This document shows, in pieces, positions 26,570 to 40,100 of a stretch of 64,000 bases of DNA (within the stretch, counting starts at the first letter, position 1; every line of letters begins with the position of its first letter). The position numbers were made by a program, and so were the translations under genes. The notes beneath the pieces were generated by a model. It was not told the origin of the DNA. It saw only the letters and a program-made list of their open reading frames with translations, and ran no database searches. This DNA is from Octopus vulgaris (taxonomy: Eukaryota): contig OX597824.1 of NCBI GenBank assembly GCA_951406725.2, positions 57,722,001 to 57,786,000 on the forward strand, given 5' to 3'.

Positions 26570-29310
26570 TCCTACCGTTTTACTAGTTTATTTCCTTGGT
26601 TGGATTTCTCAGCAGCGTCACCACACTTCGGCTCACAGATCCGTGTATTCTCCCATTCAGCTGCCAGTTGCTCACCAAACAAGTCTGGTATATGTATATA
26701 AAACTCGAAGGGCAGACCATCCAATCTCCTTCGTGCAGCTAGCCAACGCGTCACGTATGTCCTCAGCTGTTATCGGCATTTCGCAGAACTCCACGTCTCT
26801 GGCCGAAAGCCGCGGCATGCCATCAAGGTAGGAAGTGAAGTTCATCTTCCGCCTCCGGTCTACCGCGCGCCTCTACTCTTGTCTTCTCTATCGCTTGTCA
26901 TCTGCTAAATTCTATAGCTTCTACTCTAATCACCCATTTTAGCACCCCCGCCACCATCGGTTGTTGACGTCTGCACCCGTCAACTTTCGATGGTCTAACT
27001 TACTAAGCCGGTCTCTGAAAGCTTGAAGCGCCGGAAATGACGTATTCAGCTTCCAGTATCCGGGACCCAGTCTGTGAAGCTTATCTAGGTCAACCGTACA
27101 GATCACAAATTTTTGATCTGTGTAGATGACGAATTTAAATTGTGGACACCCTATGCTATTCCTATATGCTGGCCTACAAAATACCCTATCAATGTAAGAT
27201 CTGGAAGACCCGACACTGTTTGCCCATATCCACACTGGAGTATTTGGGAAATCCAGTCGAAACCTGTCCGCCAACTGGAAACGACGGAGCAGGTTTGCGA
27301 GGCTTGCGCACCCCAGTTTCCTATCCGCTAGCTCCACCCACTACAAACGTGCATCCAAAATGGCGTTCCAATCGCCCACTAACACTAAAGAGCGAGACGT
27401 CCCTAGAAAGTCCTCCAGCTTCCCCTCTCCAGTCGGTGCGTATATTGCGACCAGTTTAAAAGCACTGACTTCGTTATCGTTCACGTCCAGGACCACTGAC
27501 TTACCTTCCGACTCCAGGAAGACCAACCGTATCTCGAGATCCAGGCCTTTTCTAAACACTGTCACCACCCCTCATTCCTAGTCGAGTAAGAGATGCGAAA
27601 ATCTCAAAGTCACCGCAAATGGGACCCAATCCTGGTCTCACTGATGACTATTACATCCAGACTTAGCCATCTGAGGTTTCCATGACGACCCCAGGCCACG
27701 TACATTTACACGACCTACTTTAAGAACCGCCGTGTTGGCCAGGAAGTAATCAAAGGAAAAGGGGAGTGTCACTTACCCTCCTGGTTCTGTTTGTGGTCGT
27801 GTGGTCCTCCCATCCTGTCTGTTTTGTTGGGTTCCTTTGGAAACCCCCTTAAAAGCCATCTGCTGGCTGTTACACTGAGAGATCCGATGTAATACAGGTA
27901 GCTTAATGCTCGTGTAAATCTAATGTCATTCGCAACATTAGGTTCTCTGGTACTCTAAGAGTGTTGGGGCTGCAAGTCACCCCTTCTGTTTCAATATTCT
28001 TGTTTTGTGCTATGAGAGCCATCAGCTTTCCTCACTAGCTCTCCTCACTAGCACGAAATTCCGCTGCTGCACGGATGGTTGTTGTAGTGACATTTTTCTT
28101 TTTAAAGTTTGTTGTGTTTTTGATTCTGTTATGGGTGTTGATGATTGTGGCGCTTGTAGTGTCGGTGTCGGTGTTGTCATCAGTGTGTCTGTGTTTGTCA
28201 TTTTTTGGATTTCTCCCATTTTTTGTGTCTCTTTCTTGTTTTTTTTTTTTGCCTTTTGGGCTTCCCTCGCATTATCACTTGGATTCTTCTGGTATTGTTT
28301 GTTCTGGTTCTGTTATAGTTGTTATTGTTGCTCCTGCTGCTGTAGCTTCCGCCACGGTGGTGCTACTCTCACTTCCACCTGCCTATTTTTTCTCCTTGGG
28401 TTCAATTTCTGTTTCTATGACCCTGTCTTTCTGTTGTTGCTGTTGTTTTTTATGTCGACACATGGCTTGTGGTACTTTCGTTTGGACATTTCTTTCTACC
28501 CTTCTGTTCTGGTTCTGTGGCCAGAAAAACCGTAAGTGGCCCGATGAACCACAATCGTGGCATCTCGGCCTTCTGCCCTCCACGTTCGGTTCACCCTTAG
28601 TTCTACTCCATTCGAAAGGGGAATCAGGTCTGGGACTTGCTCTAAATGCTCTGGCATTCGTGTCTTTGTATTCACGCACGTCTGACTGTTGTTTCAAGCA
28701 TGTCGCTTGTAGGCGTCAATTCTGCCCTCCTTCCATTCATTTTCATATATTTTGCTGTCTTATTTAGTTTTTTCTATTTTGTTCTCCACTGAGATGTTAA
28801 CCGATTCCTTAGCTGTCGTGATATTTGCAAATGTCTCTTTCCCGATGCTAACTCCATTTTTGCTAGTCTCTTCGTAGCAGCAGTTGCTTTCAATGTTGTT
28901 CTTCGTTCTAGTACAATTTCTATGTAGTGAAGAAGACTTTACTCCTTCCTTCCCCTCGTCTTCTTTCTGCTCTTCTTCTTCTTCTTCTTCTTCTTCTTCT
29001 TCTTCTTCTTCTTCTTCTTCTTCTTCTTCTTCTTCTTCTTCTTCTTCTTCTTCTTCTTCTTCTTCTTCTTCTTCCTGCTGTCCACTGCCAATCAGAGTGG
29101 GGAGGACGAGTACGTCCTCGTGTAAATTGCCGTACCACCTTTCTTCCTCACTTCCGTTTTTCGTCGCCATCTTCAATGTTTTCTTTCTTCGAAGCAAATT
29201 TTCGCAGGAATTTGAAAACAGAAAGGCTTGTATCATCCCCAGAATGGGGCTTTGGTTAACAAACGTCATCCCCCACCCCTCCGAAGGAAAGCTGGCTTGC
29301 AAAACGATTT
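26570..29310 (-). mobile_element. Tx1/L1-like LINE, 5' part: decayed ORF1 and APE endonuclease
   Basis: ORF1 knuckle VEGRRPRCHDCGSSGH; ORF2 motifs LKVGRVNVRGL, LVAIYAP, LVGDWNAILD, SYIDRVF, GPGYWKLNTS; many stops and frameshifts; RT absent. Confidence 0.88.
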
Positions 29311-29417
29311 AAACAACAAAATAAAGTATAGAACATTTTAAACAAGTGAATTAGTCAAACTTACAGCGTTCCAAAAGCACACCTCCAGCTATGGCGACAA
29401 AAACACTAATAATAATA

Positions 29418-29628
29418 GTTTCAAATTTTGTCACAAGGGCAGCAGTTTTGTGGGAGGGGATAAATCAGTTATAACGCCGCCAGTGTTCAACTAGTACTTA
29501 TTTTATCGACTGCGAAAGGATGAAAGGCAAAGTCGATCTCGGCGGAATTTTAACTCAGAATGTAGCAACGGGTCAAATACCGCTAACCATTTCGTCCGGT
29601 GCGCTAACGATTTTGCCAGCTGGCCACC
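29418..29628 (-). mobile_element. tRNA-derived SINE family 2
   Basis: Minus strand: ggtggccagctggcaaaatcgttagcgcaccgg...gagttaaaattccgccgagatcgactttgcctttcatcctttc...aaaatttgaaac then (ATT)n. Confidence 0.85.
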
Positions 29629-29657
29629 TTAATAATAATAATAATAATGATGATAAC

Positions 29658-29715
<58 letters not shown>

Positions 29716-29717
29716 TA

Positions 29718-29879
29718 GGCGCAGGAGTGGCTGTGTGGTAAGTAGCTTGCTAACCAACCACATGGTTCCGGGTTCAGTCCCACTGCGTGGCATCTTGGGC
29801 AAGTGTCTTCTGCTATAGCCCCGGGCCGACCAATGCCTTGTGAGTGGATTTGGTAGACGGAAACTGAAAGAAGCCCGTC

Positions 29880-29953
<74 letters not shown>

Positions 29954-30160
29954 ATGTGTGTGTGTTTGTCCCCCTAGCATTGCTTGACAACCGATGCTGG
30001 TGTGTTTACGTCCCCGTCACATAGCGGTTCGGCAAAAGAGACCGATAGAATAAGTACTGGGCTTACAAAGAATAAGTCCCGGGGTCGATTTGCTCGACTA
30101 AAGGCGGTGCTCCAGCATGGCCGCAGTCAAATGACTGAAACAAGTAAAAGAGTAAAAGAG
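29718..30160 (+). mobile_element. tRNA-derived SINE family 1, best-preserved copy
   Basis: A box tggctgtgtgg, B box gggttcagtccc, internal (TA)n(TG)n, tail (gtaaaaga)2; more than 10 homologues in the window. Confidence 0.92.
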
Positions 30161-30174
30161 TAATAATAATAATA

Positions 30175-30700
30175 ATCCCTCCATTGTTAATCGAACGAAG
30201 CCGAATACAAAATAAAAAGGTGGACACAAAAACAATGGAAGGTGGGTCTACACCAAACACACGTGCAAACAATAAAAAACAATAGTAGCAATAAAATTTA
30301 AAGAATGAAACTCCAAAAAAGGTGAGGGAGATACCCTGGGGGCAACGAAAGAACCTCACATATCTTGGTCATCCATATTGATAAGAGTATCCTGGGCAGG
30401 CCTCCCAGGAAGACACCCTAGGCAGGCACCCCAGGCAGGCGCCGCTACTCCTATTCATTCCCTTCGGCCTACAGGCGCATGCTCTAAGTAGGCTAATTCA
30501 CATGGGTTATCCTCGCCACATACACCCACCTTTCAACAAAAATACTGGGAGGGCTTGACCGAAGTGGAAAGTATCTTCTTTTTAGTCCGTTGTATCTCGT
30601 CCACCACACTACCTCTTTCGCTATAGGCACAAGGAAGGGGAAAACTGCTTGACCTTCTCTCAAAGATGGAATGATTAAATGTTGAAAGCCAGCCGTATTA
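30175..30700 (-). mobile_element. Tx1/L1-like LINE 3' end fragment
   Basis: Minus-strand remnants LVPIAKEVVWWTR and FVERWVYVARI, then a T-rich 3' UTR. Confidence 0.55.
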
Positions 30701-33136
30701 CAGGGCTGAAGTAGTAGGGTCAGTGGAGTTATGGGGAGTGTTAAGACAGAGAATTGTGAGAGGAAATAAGAGAGCTAGTTCAGGAAGAGGGTGGGGGTTA
30801 ATAATGAGGGTATTAAGGGAGGTGGTAGTAGAGGTGGAGAGTTGGGAAATGAATGGGAGGTGTAACATAGATAGTAATTGAAGGGTAGTCAGTTGTTATT
30901 AAGTTTATATGTAGGTGTCGAAGTTTAGGAATAATAGCTATAGAATTATTGGAAGTGAGAAAAGGAATGGCAATTATTTGAGGGAGAGAAAGTGTCTAAT
31001 TCAGTGGCAGAGGGATTTGGTAGACGGAAACTGAAAGAATACAGTTGCATATATATATATGTGTGTCTCTGTTTGTGTGTCTTTGAGTCTGTGTCCCCTC
31101 CCCTACTCCATTATTTGACAACTCGTGTTGATGGTTTACGTTTCCGTAAGTCCTGGGGTCGATTCGTTCGACTAAAATTCCTCAAGGTGGTACCCAGTAT
31201 GGTTACAGGCTAATATCAAATAAAAGATAAAAGATCTGTGTGTGTGTGTGTTAAAGAAAGACATTTTGAAAATGTGCTCGGCGTTTTTAAAATGATTTCT
31301 TAACATTTATTTAAAATCCTATCACAGTTGCATGATTTTCAAAAGTATTGTCAAATCGGAATATCTGGTACAGTTTGTTCAAAAATTAGATTCGTTTTGA
31401 AGAGAAATTATGACTCCAAACGCCATCATTTAAATTAAAATTTGTTTGGTTGGAGTTGGTCACTTACGAGAAGGTATTAGGTCATTGGATTTTATTTTGG
31501 TTCTTAGCGTTTTCAGCTCATCTCACGCCGTATGCACCTTTGCTTTTCATACTTTCGGAGTCAATAAAGTACCATTCAAATACATGGATCAATGATATTG
31601 ACTAATTCCCTATTCTTAAAAAATTGCTTGTAAGGTACCTTAATCTAAACCCCACCACCACCACCATATATGTATGTGTGTGTGTGTGTGTGTGTGTTTT
31701 CATATGAATCAAAATTTTATGAAACACAGAATACATAAATGTACGATAGAACACAATACTTGAACAAAATAAACACTGAAAAATAATCTGGAAACTCGTG
31801 TACATACAATGGTAGAAAACTACTGGCCAGGGCGGGTTAGAGCACGTCAAATAGTACCTACCGGCTGATACTGTATCCTCTTGCACCTATTATATTTTTT
31901 GTCACCGTTTGAAGTAGATTAATACCCACGTCTTCAAGATTATTTCAGTTCATTATAGTACATTTCTTTTATCTTTACTAACAACCTGTCGTTCGCTTGT
32001 CTTCTATATTCCAATTTCAAATGTGCCTCCGTCATTTCCGGAATATCTGCAGATACCTGATTTTGTCTACTAGCTTTCCGTTTACTATTGACGTATAGTT
32101 TACTATTGATGAAGTTGTCCCTCCTCGTTCATTGCTGTTGATTTTTTTCTTTTCCTTTTTGCTACTTCCTCTATTTTTCCTTTTGTATTTCTTTCGATAC
32201 ATTTGATAGTGTCTTCTGAAGGCTTTTTTTTCCTGTTCCTCGGCGTCCGACGATGGATTGGTACTATATGTTGCTCTTCCCACAAAAAAGGGTGCATGCT
32301 CGCTTGTTTCTTGCTACAGTGTAATCACTTCCACCTTTTCCTGAGCTAAATAACGGTGTTCCGGAAACTGGAATTTGGTGCTCTTGTTGCTGCCTTGCTG
32401 ATCTCCGATGCTTTCCTTTTTCAATTTTATACCTTCTTTTTCCTTTTTCTTAAGGCAAAAGATCTTCAAGCGGTTCTTAGTAAGTCATGTATAGCAACAA
32501 GGTATTTTGCTCTGTATTGTTAGCCTCACTTTCTTTGTCTTGGCACCCTCTAGTGGGCACAGTTCGGGTAAGGACGAGTGACCTTCGGGTCATTAATTGT
32601 TAAAATTATTCCTTAGACTATTTGAAATATTTTTCTTGTATTATTTTTTTTATCAAGATATTCATAATTTTTTCTTCCTTTGCATATTATGTGTTTTTGT
32701 GTTTTATCCTTCGTCTTGGTTGCTACCACAATATTTTGCTTTGTATGTACCTGATATTTTGATTGTGAAAAGTCGTCAATCTGTATAAGCAAACAGACAT
32801 TTCTACACTTCGATTTAAACAACAAGAACAACAACAACAACAACAATAATAAAAACAATGAATATACTGGTACGGTAGATATTAACAGAATAGAACTATA
32901 TCAGGAGTGAATCAATGATTAAACCGTAACCCATAGCCAGAAAATGTTATTAAAATATTTTATCTCAGTTGCATAGATAGGTGATAGGTAGGTAACTAGT
33001 CAGGCATACATATCCGTAGAAAGAAAGGTTGATATATTACTAATATATCAACCTTTCATTCAAAATGTTACCGCGTATGTACCGTTGGCGATTTTTTCCC
33101 TCCGTCTTCCCTTCTTTGGATCTTTCCTTTTCCTAT

Positions 33137-33171
33137 GTTTCTGGCGAAGTGCTCCGCTCGAAACGTTAAAC
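33137..33171 (+). ncRNA. Minimal hammerhead motif, family B (element about 33070-33265)
   Basis: gttt-CTGGCGA-a-gtgc(tcc)gctc-GAAA-cg-TT-aaac; this copy and the sister at 36632-36666 give consensus core CTGACGA. Confidence 0.62.
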
Positions 33172-33287
33172 CCTCCTTCTTTCCTGAGCGTCCAATAATA
33201 CTATACTTGTTCCACGTCCTCGCGTTGTTGTGTTTTCTCTTTGTGTTTTCATGTTTGGATTAACTTTATATATATATACATACATAC

Positions 33288-33356
<69 letters not shown>

Positions 33357-33759
33357 CGTGTGTGTGTTTGTGTGTAAGAATGTAGATAGGTAGGTTGGGT
33401 TTTTTTCTTTTTTGGACCTAGAAAACAGGACATTATGTTTATGGTACTCTAATCAGTTTCTAAGAATATTCTTTCTGACAAAACATGTCAAATTGTGTCT
33501 ACCCGTTGGTCTCTCATTATCTCCGGTGGCCATCTTTTTATCTGATCGATGGACATTCGGACAAACATACTAAATATATTGTTAGACAATACAGACATAG
33601 ACGAATACAGTATTGTGTCACACACAGGCGCACATAGATACGGCATATACACAGCAAGTAAAGATTTACACCATCCAATCCATTACATTTTGTTAAGAAC
33701 CTGGGAATTAAACTACCAATAATTAAATCTAGAAATATCTGAAGGTGTCCATCATCACT

Positions 33760-33808
<49 letters not shown>

Positions 33809-33918
33809 CCATCATCACCATCATCATCAGCAGCAGCAGCTATCAATCACTCTATCAAAATAAGTGAAAGGAGGTATGATATAACAGAAAACATAATGTA
33901 CAGATTGCTGTTGTCAAA

Positions 33919-33971
<53 letters not shown>

Positions 33972-34206
33972 CGATGATGATGCTAAAGAGGAGAGGAGGG
34001 GTGTTGTGGCAGAGCGAATGATGATTCAATACAGTTCGAATCCCAAAGAAGTTAACTTTGCCTTTCACATCACATGGACTTAGAAATAACATATAGTGAA
34101 ATTTTCTAATTAAGCGTGTGTATGTGTATATACATACATACACACTGAGATGAGTAAATCAATGTGAATCGAATCTTGTATGTTATATTTTATTTTTATA
34201 TTCAAT

Positions 34207-34289
34207 TCACCTGAAGAAAACGGTTTTTTCTTTAATGATGTAATTGATTTGTTCATCAATGAAATAGATGTCTGAAACAGCTGTAGTGA
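34207..34289 (+). ncRNA. Type I hammerhead ribozyme with palindromic stem III
   Basis: tcac-CTGAAGA-long imperfect stem II (...gatg/catc...)-GAAA-cagctg-TA-gtga. Confidence 0.75.
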
Positions 34290-34497
34290 GCCTCATTTAT
34301 ATTATAGGTGTGTGTGTGTTCATGTGAGCAGGTGCGTACACGCGCGTGCGCGTGAATTTCCTGAGGCAGGCTGATGCTGTTTTCAATTTCGTTGCCAACA
34401 TGAACGGTTTCTTGGTCTTACTTGGAAAATATTAGGAGCGTAGGAACAACTTGAAGCACGATGAAAAAGAAGCTGGTCATACTGAAATGCATACGTA

Positions 34498-35647
34498 CAG
34501 GAGTTGGACAAAATAATGGAAACACCTAGCATCACAGCATCATATTTTTGAGATATCTATAAAACCATCAAAAGCTTGTTTATTTTTATGTTTTTTGATT
34601 TAATATTAGTGTTGCTTAATATGTTTTGCAAACATTGCTGTTTCTTTTCAGATATTATCAGAAAAAAGTAATTAAAATTCATAAAAATGACAGATCTGTC
34701 GAACTTTCAAAGAAGTCAAATAGCTGGTAACTGTATGGCAGGCGCTAGTCTAACAAAAATAGCCGAAATGTTTGGTGTATCAATAAGTTCTGTCTTGAAA
34801 GTAATGACAGCCATTAAGAAAGAGGGAAATATTTCCGCGTCGAAGCAAAACTCCAGAAGAAAACCAAAACTTTCAGAAAAAGACCGTCGGACTCTTACGC
34901 GAATTGTTAGAAAGGATCACAAAAGTACAGCTCCCAAAATTATTGCAGAGCTTAATGACCACCTTGAGAACCCAGTTTCCACAAAAACTCTTCGCCGAGA
35001 GCTGCACAAAGCTGGAATTTCACAGGAGGGCTGCAATCAGAAAACCACTACTTTCAAAAACAAGCGTTGAAAAGAGTTTAGAGTTGAGTAAAATCCTACC
35101 TAGAGCAGTGGAAGAATGTTATTTTCTCGGACGAGTTAACCTTTACTTTATTTCCGACTACCGGCCGAGTATACGTGTGGAGACAGCCAACAGAAGCATT
35201 TGACCCATACTGCCTTCTTCCAACTGTTAAACATGAAGGAGTATCTGTGATGGGCTGGGTGGGGGGGCTATATCTTGGAAATCCGCCGGCCCAATGGTTT
35301 CCTTTCATGGCAGAATTAATAGTCAAGACTATTTAAGCATTTTATTTGATCAAATTTATCCTATGGTTGCGGAACTGTTTCCGGAGGAAAATACAATCTT
35401 TCAGGATGATAATGGATCAATTCACACAGCTAAAGTTGTTACTGAATGGCACGAGGAACATTCTAGTGAAGTTGAACATCTTATCTGGCCGCCACACTCC
35501 CCAGATCTCAATATATTTATGGTGCATTTTAGAAAACAAGTAAGGAGTCGATATCCTTCACCATCATCACTACAAGAAGGCAGTCCTACCCCATATTAGA
35601 ATTAATTTGTCTGAATTTTAAAGGTATTTCCATTATTTTGTCCAACT
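34498..35647 (+). mobile_element. Tc1-like transposon, frameshifted
   Basis: TIRs gttggacaaaataatggaaacacct / aggtatttccattattttgtccaac; ORF pieces 34687-35070 (MTDLSNFQRSQI, paired-like HTH) and 35294-35599 (FQDDNGSIHTA, WPPHSPDLN). Confidence 0.92.
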
Positions 35648-36631
35648 TAATGGGTGCATGTTTTAGCAAGGTAGAAGGAGGGACGCCATCGATCATGATT
35701 AATTCATTAGGGCTACTCTCTGACTCACTCTGTACTTAAAAAAAAATTTCGTATTATTCGGAAAAAATGAACCAGAAAGTCTGCATTAGTTACAATCAGA
35801 TAGGAATGTATAACAGTATTATAGAAAGAATTCCAGTTTTAAAATTTAGCATCAAACTTTCTTTTTTCTGTTTTTAAATTTTATTTTATCCGCAATCAGA
35901 TTGAGAGTTGTTTCTGATGACGGCCTGATACGACGAATAGCTCTCTCCACAGAGTTATCAGAAACGTTAACGCATGTCGGGTTTTGGTACTTAATGTTTG
36001 TGTATATATATTTCATTATACATATGACTAGGCGTCTATATTGCTGCGTTAAAGAGATTTTAGCATGAGATATTTTATATATACTTATGTGTTTGTGTGT
36101 GTGTGTGCATATGTTCGTGTGCAGTAGTGTATAGGTTTGTTTTCTCTAACGATGTTTTCTGTAATGTTGGCAGGACCTTATCTCAAACTCATACTTATCC
36201 TTAGCACATACAAGACTTGCACCTGGCACACGTATGTGTCTCTACTCGTGTTTGAATACGTCTGCATGTGTATATGTATATTTTTATGCACACAAACACA
36301 CACACACACACACACACAAAGTGTATTTATATATAGATCTATGTAGGATTGAGTAATGTTTATGTGTGTGTGTATGTGTGTGTGTAAATATACTGTCGTC
36401 ACTAAGCTAAGTTGTTAATCGTATATCGCGTCCAGGGCAAAACTGTGGTTGTCGTAAGCAGCAGTATCCCTTATCTTGAGTGAGTGCGTGTATACATACC
36501 TATATATATATATATATATATAAATATATAAAGTTAATCCAAACAAGAAAGCACAAAAAAAACACAACAACGCGAGGACGTGGAACAAATATAGTATTAT
36601 TGGACGCTCAGGAAAGAAGGAAAGAAGGAGG

Positions 36632-36666
36632 GTTTAACGTTTCGAGCGGAGCTCTTCGTCGGAAAC
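36632..36666 (-). ncRNA. Minimal hammerhead motif, family B (element about 36530-36712)
   Basis: gttt-CCGACGA-a-gagc(tcc)gctc-GAAA-cg-TT-aaac. Confidence 0.62.
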
Positions 36667-37134
36667 ATAGGAGAAGGAAAGATCCAGAGAAGGGAAGACA
36701 GAGGAAAATATATATGAAGGTGTGATAGGTGTTATACATACATACATACATACATACATACATACATACATACATACATACATACATACATACATACGCA
36801 CATGCCTGTATGTGTGTGTGTATATATAGGAATGCATGGATATATGTGTGCATATTCACTATACATGTGTATGATATAGGTCGTGATTTTATTTTAGTAG
36901 TTTCTAGCAATATTCATAAGTATACAAACAAAAATAACCCATCTGACAGACGTTTTGGCCACTATATTTATATATGCAGACACACATACACACACACGCA
37001 TGCGCACACATAAATATACATACACACGAGATACTATTAGAGTTTTTCCTTTGACTGTTTTAGGACGCCCGTATAGCACATCTAAGTCATCGCTTTTGAA
37101 ACTTTTGAAGTGCTTAAGGAAGGGATTGATCGTT

Positions 37135-37345
37135 TATCTTTTACTTGTTTCAGTCATTAGACTGCAGCCATACTGGGGCACCGCTTTCAAGAACTTCTAG
37201 TTGAATGTATCAACCGCAGCACTTAATTTCTTTTTTTAAGTCTGGCATTTATCCTATCGGTCTCTTTTGCCAGACCGACAAGTTACGGAAACGTAAACAC
37301 AACACCGGTAACCAAGTAGTGGTGGGAAACAAACAGATACAAAGA
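37135..37345 (-). mobile_element. SINE family 1, 3' half
   Basis: tcttttacttgtttcagtcattagactgcagcca... is the reverse complement of the SINE tail. Confidence 0.82.
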
Positions 37346-37351
37346 TACACA

Positions 37352-37406
<55 letters not shown>

Positions 37407-37570
37407 GGATGAATGAATTATCCTTTTTTTACCGTTAACATGGGAAATTCAATAAACAGTTACCAGGGTAACTACTAACGGTTTTTTAAAATACTTAATA
37501 ACGTTCTGTTTATCATTTAGGCAGTCATCGTAATTGTTATAATGTCTTGTTGTTGAGATAGGCTCTCTTT

Positions 37571-37653
37571 CTTTCCTGGTGAGAAGATTGCATTTTACAC
37601 CGTTTATTCCTTTGGAATAAAACCAATGTTGTCTTCGAAACATATGTCGAAAG
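37571..37653 (+). ncRNA. Type I hammerhead ribozyme (one core substitution) in a TA-bounded element
   Basis: ctttc-CTGGTGA-gaagattgcatt...aatgttgtcttc-GAAA-catatg-TC-gaaag: 5-bp stem I, 12-bp stem II, palindromic stem III, GUC triplet. Confidence 0.75.
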
Positions 37654-37974
37654 TAAAAGAATTTTAATAACATCTGCGTTCAACTCCATTTATTTACTTT
37701 CTCACCTATATATATATATATAAAAATGTGGATCACCGACATAAGCCCGTTTTAGATAGGGAAAACAATTGGGAATGAACTTATAATTTCATCTGATTAT
37801 CTGAAAATCTAATGCATACAATTACATGCTCTGGGTGTGGAGAGCATTACATCGGGTCAAACCAAAGGACAATATTAGTAACGTATGATATATATTATAC
37901 ATATATATTACATATTGCTATGCTTAATAAATACTATGTATTGTTGTACACTCTATAGACTACATATTGTGTGC

Positions 37975-38031
<57 letters not shown>

Positions 38032-38255
38032 TATATGCATCCATACATATACACTCACTCTCTCAAACACGCACATATATGTATAACCGTGTTGTGGAGG
38101 GAAACTCCAAAATAAGTGAATAGTGGATCACCGACATATAACGAATATTTAGGTAAGGCGAAGACATCTGGATACAAATAATTGTAATGTATAGAATTGT
38201 TAGGTAGTGTTTGAAAGGAAGAAGCGAAAGGAGGACAAGCAGAGGAGGAAGAAAA

Positions 38256-38390
38256 AGAAGAAGAAGAAGAAGAAGAAGAAGAAGAAGAAGAAGAAGAAGA
38301 AGAAGAAGAAGAAGAAGAAGAAGAAGAAGAAGAAGAAGAAGAAGAAGAAGAAGAAGAAGAAGAAGAAGAAGAAGAAGAAGAAGAAGAAGA
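38256..38390. repeat. (GAA)n microsatellite
   Basis: Direct inspection. Confidence 0.98.
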
Positions 38391-39845
38391 ACCCAGGCAA
38401 ATTCCATGGTATAATATTACGTGGACGCTGGAAGAATTTTGGTTTATTCGGTAAAAACGATGTAAGAGGCAGTGAAATTTATTTATTTCTTTATTAAGTG
38501 ATTGCCAAATAATTGATGTAATGCGATTCCTAGAGTTTTGGGGAATGTTCTGAATTTTGTAAAGGTTTGATTGGAACTCTGGTTCTGAATTTCTGAAGAA
38601 AGTATCTATTTTAAAATAGTGCTGAAGAAATTCTGAAGAGGAAATTTCTTCCCTAAAATGTGAAAGGGTAGCTATCCAATTTTTAAGTGTGAATTCTCAT
38701 ATTTACTTTTTATTTCACACCCGGAGGGATCGGATGTCAGGGAGATGGAGATGGATTTGATGTGGTGATAGTAGGTGTAGTAGCAGCAATAGTAATAGTA
38801 GCGTTGATGGCAATATTTGTAGTAATGTTATGTTGCTACCGGTTATGTATGGAACACACACACACACACACATACACACACATACACACAGACAAACATG
38901 CACACACATACACACACATACACACACATAAAATAATATATATACTCATATACACATGTATGCACATGTGTGTGTGTATAAATATATATATGGAGAGAGG
39001 GAGAGACAGACAGAGAGAAAAGAGGGGGAGCATTTTTGTTTATTACATCGACGTCAATGCTAAATTTGTCGACCTCAGAGGAAAGAAAGGCAAAGTCATT
39101 CCGGGCAGGAATTGAACACAATACAACGGGATGTATATTCTTTACTGACAGGAAACATCAGACTATACCAACCTTGCGGGCATACGATACACTTTGAACT
39201 CCTCCAATTTCAGTTCCAACACTGCTCTAGTCAGTAGATTAATATCATGAAACTGACTGTATCTGATGCTAATTGACACAGAAATGAAACGGCAATTATA
39301 GCTGTGTTAAATTGCTATCAATGTCTTTATATTTGGCTTTAAATAAAGAACTTTGAATATCAATCAAACTGGTAATTAGACGGCTATCAAGAATTTAACA
39401 CCTAAGACGCTTTTATGAACTCATAGCACATGTAAATTCTTACTTAATTACACCTCACCGTACATATCCACACCCATATAGTGTGGAGTATATATCAATG
39501 TATGTGTACATATATGTGTGTGTGTATGTTTCTGTGTGTACACAAATGGGATTGGACTGTACATAGGTTTTGTTATGTTCCAACGCATAAATCCTAATTA
39601 TATTTCTATATTATTCTGTTCAATATATTTCATTCCAGCTGTACAGTACTTAGGATATATTTCATTCATATCAGACTCGAATGAGAAAATATTTTTAATT
39701 ACATATACATATTTACGTTAATACATAAAATCTAAATACACCCAACTCTCTTTCTGTATACACACGCATATACATACATACGTGTGTGCACACACAAATT
39801 CGTACTCATACACACATATACATACAACGCACACACACATATATA

Positions 39846-40064
39846 GGGGTAGGTGTGACTGTATGGCAAGGAACTTGCTTCCTAACCACATGGTTCCGGG
39901 TTCAGTCTCACTGCGTGTCACCTTGGATAAGTGTCTTCTACTATAGTCTTCGTGCGACCAAAGTCTTCTGAGTGGATTTGGTAGACGGAAATTGAAGGTC
40001 CGTCGTATGCATATGTATATGCGTATATATATATATCGTTGCTATTATGCAAAAGTGTCGTAAG

Positions 40065-40100
<36 letters not shown>

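Noticed and set aside
28005-28767. Long plus-strand hydrophobic ORFs (176 and 230 aa)
   Set aside because: Antisense shadows of the Tx1-like ORF1 region.
31880-32560. Lys-rich minus-strand ORFs (32032-32297)
   Set aside because: No recognisable motif; possibly a decayed transposon, but unsupported.
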